A stretch of DNA of 64,000 nt, from NCBI GenBank assembly GCA_034439715.1, contig JAWXAY010000100.1, positions 32,001 through 96,000 of the forward strand. The letters run 5' to 3'. Positions 1 to 10,593 of this stretch are shown piece by piece. Below the pieces are notes generated by a model, which was not told the DNA's origin, did no database searches, and saw nothing but the letters and a program-made list of their open reading frames with translations. The DNA is from Pseudomonadota bacterium. GTDB lineage: Bacteria; Bdellovibrionota; Bdellovibrionia; Bdellovibrionales; SG-bin7. Within the stretch, counting starts at the first letter, position 1; each line of letters starts with the position of its first letter. The translations under genes and the position numbers were made by a program.

Positions 1-1
1 T

Positions 2-406
2 GGCTTAAATGTACCACTCATGGGCGGAGATGGTTGGGATTCGCCAAAGCTTCAAGAAATCGGCGGCAAGGCCATTGAAGGCAGTTATTTTTCAAGTCAT
101 TATTCGGCGGAAGACAAATCACCTATTGTACAAGAGTTTATTGAAAAATTTAAAAAAACCTACGGCATAGTGCCTGATGCATTAACGGCACTAGGCTACG
201 ACGCAGTTAAAGTTCTTGTTGAGGCGATGAAGCGCACCGACAATCTTGATACCACAAAAATTCGCAATGAAATTGCGAGCACCAAAAATTATCAGGGCGT
301 TACAGGATTAATTACGATAGATGAAAAAAGAAATCCCGTAAAGTCGGCTGTAGTTTTAAAAGTGGTAAGCACTGGGTTTAAGTATCAGACCACCGTGAAC
401 CCCTGA
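2..406 (+). CDS. livK: Branched-chain amino acid ABC transporter substrate-binding protein (C-terminal part, 5'-truncated by window)
   Basis: Frame open from position 2 (GLNVPLMGGDGWD...); ALGYDA and GVTGLITID motifs; directly upstream of livHMGF. Confidence 0.85.
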   Translation, partial: GLNVPLMGGDGWDSPKLQEIGGKAIEGSYFSSHYSAEDKSPIVQEFIEKFKKTYGIVPDALTALGYDAVKVLVEAMKRTDNLDTTKIRNEIASTKNYQGVTGLITIDEKRNPVKSAVVLKVVSTGFKYQTTVNP

Positions 407-1308
407 TGTCTGAGTTTCTCCAACACGTAATTAACGGTGTGTCTCTGGGTAGCATCTATGCCCTGATAGCGCTTGGTTATACGATGGTGTTTGGAATTTT
501 AGGCCTCATTAATTTTGCCCATGGTGAAGTTTATATGTTGGGGGCTTTTTCTGGTTATTATTTTTCACGCTGGTTTCATCTCCAAGAAAGCTCTTCGCCG
601 AGCGGATTATTTTTAGTACTTGCATTGTCTATGGCGACTAGTGGCTTGGCCGGATTTATTATTGAGCGCTTAGCCTACCGTCCCTTGAGACAATCCCCGC
701 GAATAAATCTTTTGATCACTGCCGTGGGGGTTTCATTATTTTTGCAGTTTTCGGGCCAAGTTATTTTTGGGGCTGACCCTCAATCGTTTCCACAAATTTA
801 CCAGCCGGCAGAACAATGGAATTTCGGCGATATAAGTATCAATCCACTTCAAGCAACAGTATTAGGGATTTCGATAGGATTAATGGCACTCCTTCAGTTT
901 ATAATTTATTTTACTCGCTTCGGTCGAGCCATGCGGGCCGTGAGTTTTGATCATAATCTCGCAAGCCTAATGGGTATTCCAACCAACCAAATTATTTCTT
1001 TTACATTTGTATTAGGTTCTGCGCTGGCGGGCGCGGCGGGGGTATTGGTGGGGCTAATTTATCCTCGCATTGAGCCACTCATGGGAGTGATGCCGGGATT
1101 AAAGGCCTTCGTGTCAGCGGTTTTAGGAGGGATCGGCAGCATCGTTGGCGCGGTGGTTGGTGCCATCACGCTAGGACTGGCTGAAGAATTTTTGGTAGGT
1201 TATTGGAAGCCCAGTTACCGTGATGCTTTGGCTTTTGCTGTCCTTATATTGATTTTACTTTTTAAGCCCACGGGTCTTTTTGGCAAAAAAACGAGCGAGA
1301 AGGTTTAA
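406..1308 (+). CDS. livH: Branched-chain amino acid ABC permease LivH
   Basis: GSIYALIALGYTMVFG..INFAHGE and GRAMRAV..LMGI motifs. Confidence 0.95.
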   Translation: MSEFLQHVINGVSLGSIYALIALGYTMVFGILGLINFAHGEVYMLGAFSGYYFSRWFHLQESSSPSGLFLVLALSMATSGLAGFIIERLAYRPLRQSPRINLLITAVGVSLFLQFSGQVIFGADPQSFPQIYQPAEQWNFGDISINPLQATVLGISIGLMALLQFIIYFTRFGRAMRAVSFDHNLASLMGIPTNQIISFTFVLGSALAGAAGVLVGLIYPRIEPLMGVMPGLKAFVSAVLGGIGSIVGAVVGAITLGLAEEFLVGYWKPSYRDALAFAVLILILLFKPTGLFGKKTSEKV

Positions 1309-1310
1309 AA

Positions 1311-2342
1311 ATGGAAGTCGAAAACTTTAGGACTAGATTTGGCCTTAACTCCCTGTGGATGTGGTTTTTCTTATTAGCGAACGTCATTCTCTTTCAAATA
1401 TTTTTTGTTGGTCACATTGCTCCTTACGCATTTTCAATTGTTATGTACGCAGGGATCAACATTATTTTGGCGGTTTCATTAAACTTAGTGAATGGCTTTA
1501 CGGGACAATTTTCGATGGGGCACGCCGGTTTTATGGCCGTTGGCGCCTACACGTCAGCCTTTTTGACGGGGTATTTTCAATTGCATCTGGGAGAGAGTTT
1601 TTCAAATCCGCTTATTTCAAATAGCCTGTTTTTTTTGGCTCTGGTAATTGGGGGACTTCTATCGGCCGGGTTTGGCTATATAGTGGGCCTGCCATCACTC
1701 AGACTTAAAGGAGACTACCTGGCTATTGTAACTTTAGGCTTTGGTGAAATTATTCGTGTCCTAATTTTAAATATGGATTTCTTAGGTGCCGCTCGAGGAA
1801 TGCCAGGGATAGCGGGTCTTTCCAACTTTGCCTGGGTTTATGGTTTAGTAGTTATAACAATCTTTTTTATTTCCAGAATAATTCAATCAGCTCATGGGCG
1901 GGCGTTAATGGCGGTTCGTGAGGATGAAATCGCAGCGCAAGCTATGGGAATAAATGTCACCCAAACCAAAGTGCGAGCTTTTGTTATCGGGTCCTTTTTT
2001 GCGGGAATTGCTGGCGGCTTATTTGCTCATTATTTAAGTTTTTTAAGTCCGGCAATTTTTGATTTTAACAAGAGCTTTGAAATAATTATTATGGTTGTAC
2101 TAGGGGGTATGGGCAGCATCACGGGATCTTTTATTGCCGCACTGTTTTTAACAGTTTTGCGCGAGGCCTTACGGGGACTGCAAGACATTACCAAGGTCGA
2201 TCTACGCATGGTAATCTATTCGCTGGTTCTTATCCTACTTATGTTAACAAGACCCAATGGACTTTTTGGCAAAAAAGAATTTTTTGATTTTCTGCCACGA
2301 CGAATACGGCATTTTTTTGGTCGAAGGGGTCCGGCAACATGA
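1311..2342 (+). CDS. livM: Branched-chain amino acid ABC permease LivM
   Basis: GQFSMGHAGF, RLKGDYLAIVTLGFGEI, AVREDEIAA motifs. Confidence 0.95.
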   Translation: MEVENFRTRFGLNSLWMWFFLLANVILFQIFFVGHIAPYAFSIVMYAGINIILAVSLNLVNGFTGQFSMGHAGFMAVGAYTSAFLTGYFQLHLGESFSNPLISNSLFFLALVIGGLLSAGFGYIVGLPSLRLKGDYLAIVTLGFGEIIRVLILNMDFLGAARGMPGIAGLSNFAWVYGLVVITIFFISRIIQSAHGRALMAVREDEIAAQAMGINVTQTKVRAFVIGSFFAGIAGGLFAHYLSFLSPAIFDFNKSFEIIIMVVLGGMGSITGSFIAALFLTVLREALRGLQDITKVDLRMVIYSLVLILLMLTRPNGLFGKKEFFDFLPRRIRHFFGRRGPAT

Positions 2343-3127
2343 GCAGCGCGATTTCACTAGAAAAACTAAGTATTCAGTTTGGCGGACTGAAAGCTGTTTC
2401 TGATCTCGACCTTAACGTGCCTAATGGCAGTATTTTTGGCCTCATTGGTCCCAATGGTGCCGGTAAGACTACAGTTTTTAATATGATCACGGGAGTGTAT
2501 CAACCTACCTCAGGGCAAATCAAAACATTTTCAGAATCACTCAACGGCTTAAAGCCTCATGAGGTTACGCGAAAAGGTTTGGCCAGAACGTTTCAGAATA
2601 TTCGACTCTTTAAAGAGCTAACTGTGCTTGAAAACCTACTGATTTCTCTGGATAACCATCAGGATGTAAAAAAGTATAATATTTTTACGTCAGTTTTTCT
2701 TGGTAAGTCAGTTTTGGAAAATGAGCTCGCTAAAATTAAAAAGGCATTTGAATTTCTGAAAATAATTAAATGTGAGGACCGCTGGCATTTGTTAGCTAAA
2801 AATCTGCCTTATGGTGATCAGCGTCGTCTTGAAATGGCTCGTGCCATGGCCACCGGGGCAAAAGTTTTACTACTAGATGAACCTGCTGCGGGGCTTAATC
2901 CTCAAGAAACAAATGGCCTAATGGAAACGATTCGGTCGATAAGAAAAAATCATAGTCTTACGATTTTTTTAATTGAGCATGACATGAAATTAGTCATGGG
3001 AATTTGTGAGCGGATTGCTGTTCTGGAGTACGGCATAAAAATAGCTGAAGGCACGCCACAAGAAATTCAGAAAAACCCAAGAGTGATAGAGGCTTACTTG
3101 GGAAAGGAGACGGTGACAAATGCTTAA
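2339..3127 (+). CDS. livG: Branched-chain amino acid ABC ATPase LivG
   Basis: GPNGAGKT Walker A, RTFQNIRLF, LPYG signature, LLLDEPAAG. Confidence 0.95.
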   Translation: MSSAISLEKLSIQFGGLKAVSDLDLNVPNGSIFGLIGPNGAGKTTVFNMITGVYQPTSGQIKTFSESLNGLKPHEVTRKGLARTFQNIRLFKELTVLENLLISLDNHQDVKKYNIFTSVFLGKSVLENELAKIKKAFEFLKIIKCEDRWHLLAKNLPYGDQRRLEMARAMATGAKVLLLDEPAAGLNPQETNGLMETIRSIRKNHSLTIFLIEHDMKLVMGICERIAVLEYGIKIAEGTPQEIQKNPRVIEAYLGKETVTNA

Positions 3128-3824
3128 GGTCGACAACCTTTCAGTCTCCTATGGCGCCGTCAAAGCGGTGAGGCATGTTTCTTTTGATGTGCCAAAAGGT
3201 AAAATAGTAACTTTGATTGGCGCTAATGGAGCCGGAAAGACTTCTGTTTTGCGCTCTATTTCGGGGCTGGTAAAACCTGAAGGCGGGCAGATAATATTTA
3301 AAAATCATTTGATCACAAAATTAAAAGCCCATGAGATAGTTAGAATAAAAATTACCCATGTACCTGAGGGTCGGGGAATTTTTTTAAATCTAACGGTCGA
3401 AGAAAATTTAGACCTCGGCGCCTGGACCGCGCCTGATAAAAACTCTCTTAAAGCTGATCTCGACTATGTTTTTGAACTTTTTCCGAGATTAAAAGAGCGC
3501 CTAAAGCAAAACTCAGGAACTTTATCAGGTGGCGAGCTTCAAATGTTAGCTATTGGGCGTGCGCTCATGAGTCATCCTGAATTACTTCTTTTGGATGAGC
3601 CAAGCTTAGGATTAGCGCCTCAAATGATTCAGAGAATTTTTGAAATTGTACAAAAAATTAACTCCCAGGGCACAACGATTTTGTTGGTGGAGCAAAATGC
3701 TTTGCAGGCTTTAAGGATTTCACATTTTGGAGTTGTGCTCGAGACTGGTACCGTTTTGTTAAAGGGTGAGGCCAAAGACATTTTGAAGTCAGATCAAGTA
3801 AAAAAAGCCTATTTAGGGGAATAA
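3120..3824 (+). CDS. livF: Branched-chain amino acid ABC ATPase LivF
   Basis: GANGAGKT, VPEGR, LSGGE, LDEPSLGLAP. Confidence 0.95.
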   Translation: MLKVDNLSVSYGAVKAVRHVSFDVPKGKIVTLIGANGAGKTSVLRSISGLVKPEGGQIIFKNHLITKLKAHEIVRIKITHVPEGRGIFLNLTVEENLDLGAWTAPDKNSLKADLDYVFELFPRLKERLKQNSGTLSGGELQMLAIGRALMSHPELLLLDEPSLGLAPQMIQRIFEIVQKINSQGTTILLVEQNALQALRISHFGVVLETGTVLLKGEAKDILKSDQVKKAYLGE

Positions 3825-3833
3825 AAAAGACCT

Positions 3834-5087
3834 ATGAAAAATCACGTTAGATTGCTCTTGGCACTTATATTGGGACTAGCGCTTGGTCTTTTTTCACATT
3901 CTTACAGTGACCAGGAGTTTTTGCAATTTTTAAGTACTAGCATCCTTGCACCTATAGGCAGAGTATTTTTACGCACTATTTTTATGGTTGTAGTACCCAT
4001 GGTTGTCTCAGCATTAATACTTGGAATTTATGAACTCACGCATTCTCAAGGGTTAGGGAAGATAGCCTTGACTACATTAAAATTTACAGTGATATCGAGC
4101 GCACTTTCAGTGATTGTCGGGATTAGTTTAGTGAACTTGGTCAAACCGGGTAAAATCTCATCTCTGGTTAGCATGGACGGCGGAATGGCTAATATTGACG
4201 ATATTGAAACTAAGGCCAGCGCCACAAAACCGCTCAGTGAAATTCTGGTGAGCATCATTCCCGACAATCCCTTGCGCTCGGCTTTAAATGCCCTTGAGGG
4301 AGAGATGCTCTCGCTCATGTTTTTTTCTCTGATTTTTGGTTTGGCATTTGGATTCACGGCCAAAGAAAATAAATATGGCGAGGGGGGGTTGTTTTCTGTA
4401 TTGGAGCAAGTTTACGCCACGTGTATGAAGATCGTAGAATTTGCCATGAGGCTGGCGCCACTTGCGGTGTTTTCGTTAGTGTTTAATTCAGCTTTTAAGT
4501 TCGGTCACGGAGTTTTTGTTTCTCTCTTTGCCTACATTTGCGTTGTTGTAGTGGGGCTACTTATTCAGCAATTTGGCGTTTATACTTTTTTATTAAAAAC
4601 GTTTACCAAGTGGTCACCAAGAGAATTTTTTGGTCACTGTCGCGAGGTTTATCTCTATGCTTTTTCGACAGCGTCTTCGAACGCAACGCTACCAAAAGCC
4701 CTAGCTACGGCTGAACACAACTTAAAATTGTCAAAAAAGATTTCGCGATTTGTTCTTACAATAGGTTCAACCGCTAATCAAAACGGCACGGCTCTTTTTG
4801 AGGGCGTAACCGTACTTTTTTTAGCCCAACTTTATAACGTTGATCTTTCGCTCGGCCAGCAGGTTCAAGTGGTATTAATGTCGATACTGGCTGGAATTGG
4901 CACGGCCGGAGTGCCGGGCGGCTCGCTTCCGCTTATTATGATATTGCTCAATCAGGTGGGGGTACCCGCTGAGGGGCTTGGCCTTATTTTAGGAGTTGAT
5001 CGGTTTCTTGATATGTGTCGTACTACGGTGAATGTTAGCGGTGATCTAGTCATTGCCGCCATTGTCGACGAAAGGTCTAAAACATGA
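3834..5087 (+). CDS. Dicarboxylate/amino acid:cation symporter (DAACS, GltP/GltT family)
   Basis: AFSTASSNATLP, NQNGTAL, GTAGVPG, DRFLDMCRT motifs. Confidence 0.92.
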   Translation: MKNHVRLLLALILGLALGLFSHSYSDQEFLQFLSTSILAPIGRVFLRTIFMVVVPMVVSALILGIYELTHSQGLGKIALTTLKFTVISSALSVIVGISLVNLVKPGKISSLVSMDGGMANIDDIETKASATKPLSEILVSIIPDNPLRSALNALEGEMLSLMFFSLIFGLAFGFTAKENKYGEGGLFSVLEQVYATCMKIVEFAMRLAPLAVFSLVFNSAFKFGHGVFVSLFAYICVVVVGLLIQQFGVYTFLLKTFTKWSPREFFGHCREVYLYAFSTASSNATLPKALATAEHNLKLSKKISRFVLTIGSTANQNGTALFEGVTVLFLAQLYNVDLSLGQQVQVVLMSILAGIGTAGVPGGSLPLIMILLNQVGVPAEGLGLILGVDRFLDMCRTTVNVSGDLVIAAIVDERSKT

Positions 5088-5530
5088 AAGTTTTTTTTAG
5101 GGTTTTTATTTTGAGTCTGAGTTTGGGGCTGAGTTCCTGTGCCCTTTTGTTTTTTAAAAACCCCGAATTGAAAGTAGAAAGTGTTGAACTTGAAAGAGTT
5201 GATTCAAAGGACCTTTTACTAAATGTTAAACTTCACGTTAAAAACCCTAATTCTTTTAATTTAGAAATTTCACAGATCGATTATAAAATTATTATTAACG
5301 AGAGCGCGGTGGCCGATAGTTCTGTCACCAAAAAATATGAAATACCTAAAGAGGGTGAGACTACTCTGACCCTTCCAGTAAAATTTAGTACAACGGATCT
5401 TATCGGCTCTGCCCTTGAAATATTAGTCTCGAAAAAGTTTAGTTATAAAATGGCAGGAGTCATTCGACACAAGGGTATGCGGGTGCCCTTTTCAAGTGAA
5501 GGTGATTTAAGAAAAAAGGTATTTCAATAG
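5084..5530 (+). CDS. LEA type 2 / WHy-domain lipoprotein
   Basis: Lipobox LSSC; V.NPN.F.L motif. Confidence 0.8.
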   Translation: MKVFFRVFILSLSLGLSSCALLFFKNPELKVESVELERVDSKDLLLNVKLHVKNPNSFNLEISQIDYKIIINESAVADSSVTKKYEIPKEGETTLTLPVKFSTTDLIGSALEILVSKKFSYKMAGVIRHKGMRVPFSSEGDLRKKVFQ

Positions 5531-5536
5531 AGAGTG

Positions 5537-6025
5537 CTAATCTCGCAAGTAATGACATGAAATTCCACCATTTCTTTCGAAATACCTCTGATGATATTCT
5601 TCGGCAGGGTAGAACTTTTGTGCGGGTGCAATTTCTGTCACAATAGGGTTTTTAAATTTGCCTGAGGCTTGCCATTTTTCTTTCGAGACTATAGCCTTTT
5701 TTTCCTGCTCTTCAGAGTGACAATAAATCACTGAGCGGTATTGAGTTCCTGAGTCTGGACCTTGCCGATTTAAAGTTGTGGGATCATGTAACCTAAAAAA
5801 ATAATCTAAAACAGTCTCAAATGAAATTTGTGTTGAATCAAATTCAATTTGAACAACTTCGGCATGGCCCGTTTGGCCAGTACAAATATCCTTGTATGAG
5901 GGGCTTTCGGTTTTTCCGCCACAATACCCACAGGTGGCGCTTAAAACGCCCTCAACTTTACGAAGAAGGTCTTCGACCCCCCAAAAACAACCAGCGCCTA
6001 AAGTGGCAAGCTCAGTGTTTTTCAT
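5537..6025 (-). CDS. msrA: Peptide methionine-(S)-sulfoxide reductase MsrA
   Basis: [32 protein letters not shown] at 6025 (alternative GTG at 6031). Confidence 0.96.
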   Translation of the reverse strand: MKNTELATLGAGCFWGVEDLLRKVEGVLSATCGYCGGKTESPSYKDICTGQTGHAEVVQIEFDSTQISFETVLDYFFRLHDPTTLNRQGPDSGTQYRSVIYCHSEEQEKKAIVSKEKWQASGKFKNPIVTEIAPAQKFYPAEEYHQRYFERNGGISCHYLRD

Positions 6026-6575
6026 CGCCACCCTTTTCTTTCACATTTTTAAACAAATCCAAGAACTCACCGTAGCCTTCTTCTTTTAGTTTGGCGATTG
6101 GTATAAACCTCATCGACGCAGAATTCATGCAGTATCTTTTTCCTGTAGGCTTGGGACCATCACTAAAAACGTGTCCCAAGTGGGAGTCACTATTTTTTCC
6201 ACGTACCTCTGTTCGGGGGTACAGGAGCTTCCAATCGGTTTTTGACAAAACATTTTCAGCGACTAGCGGTTTGGTAAAACTTGGCCAGCCGGTTCCTGAA
6301 TCAAATTTATCAAGCGAACTAAAAAGAGGATCGCCAGAAATGATATCCACGTAAATTCCGTTCTCCTTGTTATCCCAGTATTCGTTCTTAAAGGGTGGTT
6401 CCGTTCCCTCTTCCTGAGTGACATTGAATTGGACTATAGTGAGTTCTTTCCTTAAATCTTTGCCGATGAGACTTTTCTTCCATTTTGTTTGAGACACTAG
6501 TTTTTCCTCTGCTGCTACGCAACCCCACTGATAAAATATAATCATGACGATAACAAATAACTTCTTATTAATCAC
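6012..6575 (-). CDS. msrB: Peptide methionine-(R)-sulfoxide reductase MsrB with N-terminal signal/lipoprotein-like leader
   Basis: [28 protein letters not shown]; hydrophobic N-terminus ending WGC. Confidence 0.95.
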   Translation of the reverse strand: MINKKLFVIVMIIFYQWGCVAAEEKLVSQTKWKKSLIGKDLRKELTIVQFNVTQEEGTEPPFKNEYWDNKENGIYVDIISGDPLFSSLDKFDSGTGWPSFTKPLVAENVLSKTDWKLLYPRTEVRGKNSDSHLGHVFSDGPKPTGKRYCMNSASMRFIPIAKLKEEGYGEFLDLFKNVKEKGGDEKH

Positions 6576-6617
6576 GGCTCGCCCCCTCCAGATACTCTAA
6601 AAAAAAACGAGTTAAAG

Positions 6618-8534
6618 TCAAGGTGCAAGAGTGTCCAACGGTTTAGTTAGGGATACGGATTTCATACTTAATGCTTTGGCAACATAATCTTTTTTGACAG
6701 TAGGCCTATGTACGGGTCTATCAAACCAAAACTGAAGTGGTTCGCTAAGGCCTATTCCGTGCATAAAATTATAAACGGCCTTTTTTAACCCCATTCCCAG
6801 CATATCATGATCGACAGGGGTGGGGTCGGTAAACGGAATTGCATTTTTCGCAAACACTCCTTCAAGGGGCACTTTTTGAGGTAAAAGTGAAATTCCAAAT
6901 TTTTCGGGATTTTTACCGACAGGGCTATGAGTAGTCGCCACAAAGCGATGCCAAAAAGCCGAATTGATACAGCCAAGAAAAAAAAGTTGCCGCACGACTT
7001 CAAGAGAATCTATTGTCTCTTGTTCGGTCTCAGTGGGAAAGCCATACATCAAATAGGCGTGAACCAAAATTCCCTGCTCGCTAAAATTACGAGTGACTTG
7101 GGCGACCTGTTCTATAGTTAACCCTTTGTTAATGAGATTGAGAATTCGCGGGCTAGCGACCTCAAGTCCTCCTGTAACGGCGACGCAGCCAGCGTCGGCC
7201 ATAAGTTCTGCCACCTCACTGGTGAATTGGCTGTCAAAGCGCAAGTTCCCCCACCAAGTGATTTTGAGGCCTCGATGTATGATGATTTCCGAGATACTTT
7301 TTAATAGTGCTGGGGGTGCGGCCTCATCGACAAAGTGAAAGCCCGTCTGCCCGGTTTCACGAATAATTTTTTCTATATTGTCGACAATGTGTTCGGCGCG
7401 CGCGGGTTCAAAACGACTGATGTAATCAAGACTTGTATCGCAAAAGCTACACTTCTTCCAATAGCAGCCATGGGCTAAAATCATTTTATTCCAGCGAAAG
7501 TCGGACCACATTCGATGCATCGGGTTCGGCAGTTCCATCATTGAAATATAATTGTCGAGGTTGAGGCCATCAAAAGTAGGCGCCGGAATGCTTTTAAATG
7601 AAATATTGCTGCCAACACCAGACTTATATTTCTTAATTTCGCCGCTTTCTAATGTCCAAGTACGAATAAGTGAGCTCTGAGGGGCTCGTTCGCCCAATAT
7701 TTCTAACAACTGCTGTAGCGGCTTTTCGCCATCATCAAAAACTAAATAATCAATGAACTCAAAAATACGCTTATCAGAAAGCTCTCGAAGTTCTGTGTTA
7801 ACAAAACCACCGCCCATTACGATTTTAATATCAGAGAATGTATTTTTAACCGTAGAGGCAATTCTCAAGGCTCCATAAAGATTTCCCGGAAAAGGCACGG
7901 TTAAACCGACGACGTCGGGTGAAATTTCAGTGAGATAAGTTTTGGTGAGCTCCTCGATCAATTCATCAATTAAGGTCTTTGGTGTTTTGAGATTTTCATA
8001 TAATGGAGAGAATGATATTTGCGAAGAAGCAAGTTCTTCGGCATAGCGAGAAAATTCAAAGCGAGGATCGATGCCAGACTTAATAACATCTGCGATGTCG
8101 TCTAAAAACAGACTGCCAATATATTTGGCCTTATCTTGCGTGCCCAGTACGCCAAAGAAGTCGTTAATTTGGGGATGGTTATTTAGATGAGTGAAGCGAG
8201 GTCCCTCAGGGACCAAATGTCTTTTGGCTAAGCGTAAAGAAACCGTCGGATTGTTGCCGCGCAGAAAATCGACTACGGATGAAATACAATCGCTGTAATC
8301 ACTAAAGGCGCTAATGAAAAATTGAATATTTTCTTTAGCTAAAGAGGACTCGTTTAAATTTTCTTTAATTCTTAATAGTCCTTTGGGAGAGAAAAGCGAG
8401 GAAGCCAAATCTAAACCGAGATCTCTTTGCTGAACCTCGTATCCTTGCTCGCGCAAGTAAGACGTCAAATACGCCGTTGCAGGATAGGGCGTGTTTATTT
8501 GGGTCATCGGGGGAGTTATCAGCAGGACTTTCAT
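6618..8534 (-). CDS. B12-binding-domain radical SAM protein
   Basis: CYWKKCSFC (CxxxCxxC); N-terminal PP..PYPATAYL and B12-binding-like GGGF segment. Confidence 0.88.
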   Translation of the reverse strand: MKVLLITPPMTQINTPYPATAYLTSYLREQGYEVQQRDLGLDLASSLFSPKGLLRIKENLNESSLAKENIQFFISAFSDYSDCISSVVDFLRGNNPTVSLRLAKRHLVPEGPRFTHLNNHPQINDFFGVLGTQDKAKYIGSLFLDDIADVIKSGIDPRFEFSRYAEELASSQISFSPLYENLKTPKTLIDELIEELTKTYLTEISPDVVGLTVPFPGNLYGALRIASTVKNTFSDIKIVMGGGFVNTELRELSDKRIFEFIDYLVFDDGEKPLQQLLEILGERAPQSSLIRTWTLESGEIKKYKSGVGSNISFKSIPAPTFDGLNLDNYISMMELPNPMHRMWSDFRWNKMILAHGCYWKKCSFCDTSLDYISRFEPARAEHIVDNIEKIIRETGQTGFHFVDEAAPPALLKSISEIIIHRGLKITWWGNLRFDSQFTSEVAELMADAGCVAVTGGLEVASPRILNLINKGLTIEQVAQVTRNFSEQGILVHAYLMYGFPTETEQETIDSLEVVRQLFFLGCINSAFWHRFVATTHSPVGKNPEKFGISLLPQKVPLEGVFAKNAIPFTDPTPVDHDMLGMGLKKAVYNFMHGIGLSEPLQFWFDRPVHRPTVKKDYVAKALSMKSVSLTKPLDTLAP

Positions 8535-8746
8535 GGGTTTGGATTTAACATAAGGGTAAGGTTTTGTCTAACTGAGGGACGAAGTATAAAATTTACAGCT
8601 TGTTGAGCGGGTTGGTCCTGAACTCAGCGTAAATGTATGCGGGCCCTGTACCAAAATCTTTAGGTTTATAACACTTGGTTCCAGTCCAACCTTAGTCCAG
8701 TTAACCACTCACTTTATCGCCTCCCCCACTAAGCCGATAAAGAGAC

Positions 8747-9217
8747 ATGATATTCGAAGATCTAGTTGGCAAGACTTTTCAAGAAAATGAATTTTACGAG
8801 TTATTGCTGTTCGATATTGAAGAGAACTTTGAGCAGTACTTTTCTAAATTTATTCACTTTTATTTTGATAGAATTGAAGACAAGAAAATTAGAATCAATG
8901 AAGTGGTTTACTTTATAGATTCAAAAGAATTAAACCAAAAAGGTCGAAAAATTGTCGAGAAAAGAGAGTGGTTTGAAATCGCTGAAAATCATAACCATTT
9001 CAATTTGCTACTTTGTCGTTTTGACAGAACTGGATTTGTCTCATCTATCTTTAAAGACTCAACTCGCACCGAAGAGTGGAAGCTTGGCTGGGCTGATGAG
9101 AGGCCTGACCTGGGACCTATGACACCTGAAGAAATTCGACAAGCGTTTCAGGAATTAGCAGGCATGTTTGAAGATCAACAGGAAAGACAAAAACTAAGAT
9201 CTAAAAAAGCCGTATAG
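8747..9217 (+). CDS. Hypothetical protein
   Basis: 156-aa ORF filling the gap; no recognised motif. Confidence 0.6.
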   Translation: MIFEDLVGKTFQENEFYELLLFDIEENFEQYFSKFIHFYFDRIEDKKIRINEVVYFIDSKELNQKGRKIVEKREWFEIAENHNHFNLLLCRFDRTGFVSSIFKDSTRTEEWKLGWADERPDLGPMTPEEIRQAFQELAGMFEDQQERQKLRSKKAV

Positions 9218-9498
9218 CTTAGACTCGTTATTAAAAACTCTGCCGGTGAGGGGTGTTTCAAGGACTCTTTTGCCAACCGATGGGATTTTGACATCAAACC
9301 TTCTCGTATTTTCTTTTGTTCAATATCTGAACACAAACTAAGTGCTTTCTTATGATCGTCATAGTCGTGCATTAACAGTTCATTGTTTGCGATACTAAAA
9401 TACAATCTTACAAACTCTCGACGCCGATTAATCTTGTATGTCCGAATTAATAGGTCTTTGAGTTCCGAAAATCCGGACACCAATTCTCGCTGTTGCAC
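9175..9498 (-). CDS. Hypothetical protein
   Basis: 107-aa ORF, GTG start after a G-rich SD-like run; overlaps the convergent ORF by 43 nt. Confidence 0.45.
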   Translation of the reverse strand: MQQRELVSGFSELKDLLIRTYKINRRREFVRLYFSIANNELLMHDYDDHKKALSLCSDIEQKKIREGLMSKSHRLAKESLKHPSPAEFLITSLSYTAFLDLSFCLSC

Positions 9499-9618
9499 TT
9501 AAACCCCCCAGTTAGGAAGAAGTTTAAAATTGCAAGAATTGAACTAATTTACTCGAACCAAGAAATAATGCATTTAGACGACGTTCGATTTCGGGCAAGG
9601 GGGTACGCCCCCCTTTTG

Positions 9619-10032
9619 CTAAATATTTCCATGACCGGCGATTTCAGGATTTTCCAAAATAAACTCTTCAAGCCGTGCCTTAATTGCATCCCGCACTTCA
9701 CGAAAATTCTCTAAAGAGCCACCAGGATCCTGAAATGGCCAATGAAGTTTTTTAGCCCGATTCAAAAAAGCAGGACAGACTTCATCCTGACAAAGTGTAA
9801 TTACTAAACTGATTTCTTGAGTCCCCACGTCTTCCACAGATTTAGATCGATGCCCGGATATATCAATCTCAATTTCTTTCATAACCGCAACGGCCAGCGG
9901 ATTTACTTTTGTAGCCTTGCATCCGGCGCTAAAAACTTGCGTGCTGGCGCCAAAAAGTTTTCGTGCAAGGCCCTCGGCAATTTGCGACCTTGCTGAATTG
10001 GCAACGCACAAGAATAATATCGTCATTGGCAC
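9619..10032 (-). CDS. arsC: Arsenate reductase ArsC (LMW-PTPase family)
   Basis: FLCVANSARSQ P-loop; CQDEVCP resolving cysteines; HW.F.DP. Confidence 0.85.
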   Translation of the reverse strand: MPMTILFLCVANSARSQIAEGLARKLFGASTQVFSAGCKATKVNPLAVAVMKEIEIDISGHRSKSVEDVGTQEISLVITLCQDEVCPAFLNRAKKLHWPFQDPGGSLENFREVRDAIKARLEEFILENPEIAGHGNI

Positions 10033-10145
10033 AGACTCCCATAGAACTAGCCACTAGTCGAGATAAGGCCTTCCTCGACCGTCAATTCCTTCGGATTATG
10101 TCAAATGAATATTAACATAAAGGCTGTACCTAATAGGAGGCCAAA

Positions 10146-10574
10146 ATGGGCAACAAAAAGACTGATAAGTTTCGTAAGAATCACGATACCTTGCTGCAAC
10201 TTCTAGAAAATCTAAAACTCTATCTTGAGGCTGATCGAGTTGCGAAAGAAGCAAAAGATGCCTGTCGGGTAGTGGGTAAAATCGCCGGCCTTTTAATTAT
10301 GAATATGGCACATGAAGATAAGAATCTTTTTCCTGAGCTACTCGGCTCAAGCAATAAACAAATAAAAGATGCCGCCGAAAAATTTGCTATCGAAACTAAA
10401 AATGTGCGTAAAGTGGCGGATAAGTTTATGTCTAAATGGGTAGTCATTAAAAATGTTCAAGCTCAACCGGTGGATTTTATTAAAGATGCGAATACGCTAA
10501 TTACGTCACTTTCCGAGAGTCTGGAAAAGAAAAACACCCAGTTTTACGACCTTGTAGATAAACACGCCGCTTAA
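10146..10574 (+). CDS. Hemerythrin-like four-helix protein (degenerate)
   Basis: Strong SD (AGGAGG); R..H..L and HED..LFPEL pattern; several metal ligands substituted. Confidence 0.55.
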   Translation: MGNKKTDKFRKNHDTLLQLLENLKLYLEADRVAKEAKDACRVVGKIAGLLIMNMAHEDKNLFPELLGSSNKQIKDAAEKFAIETKNVRKVADKFMSKWVVIKNVQAQPVDFIKDANTLITSLSESLEKKNTQFYDLVDKHAA

Positions 10575-10593
10575 AACGTGTGCGCTAAAATTA

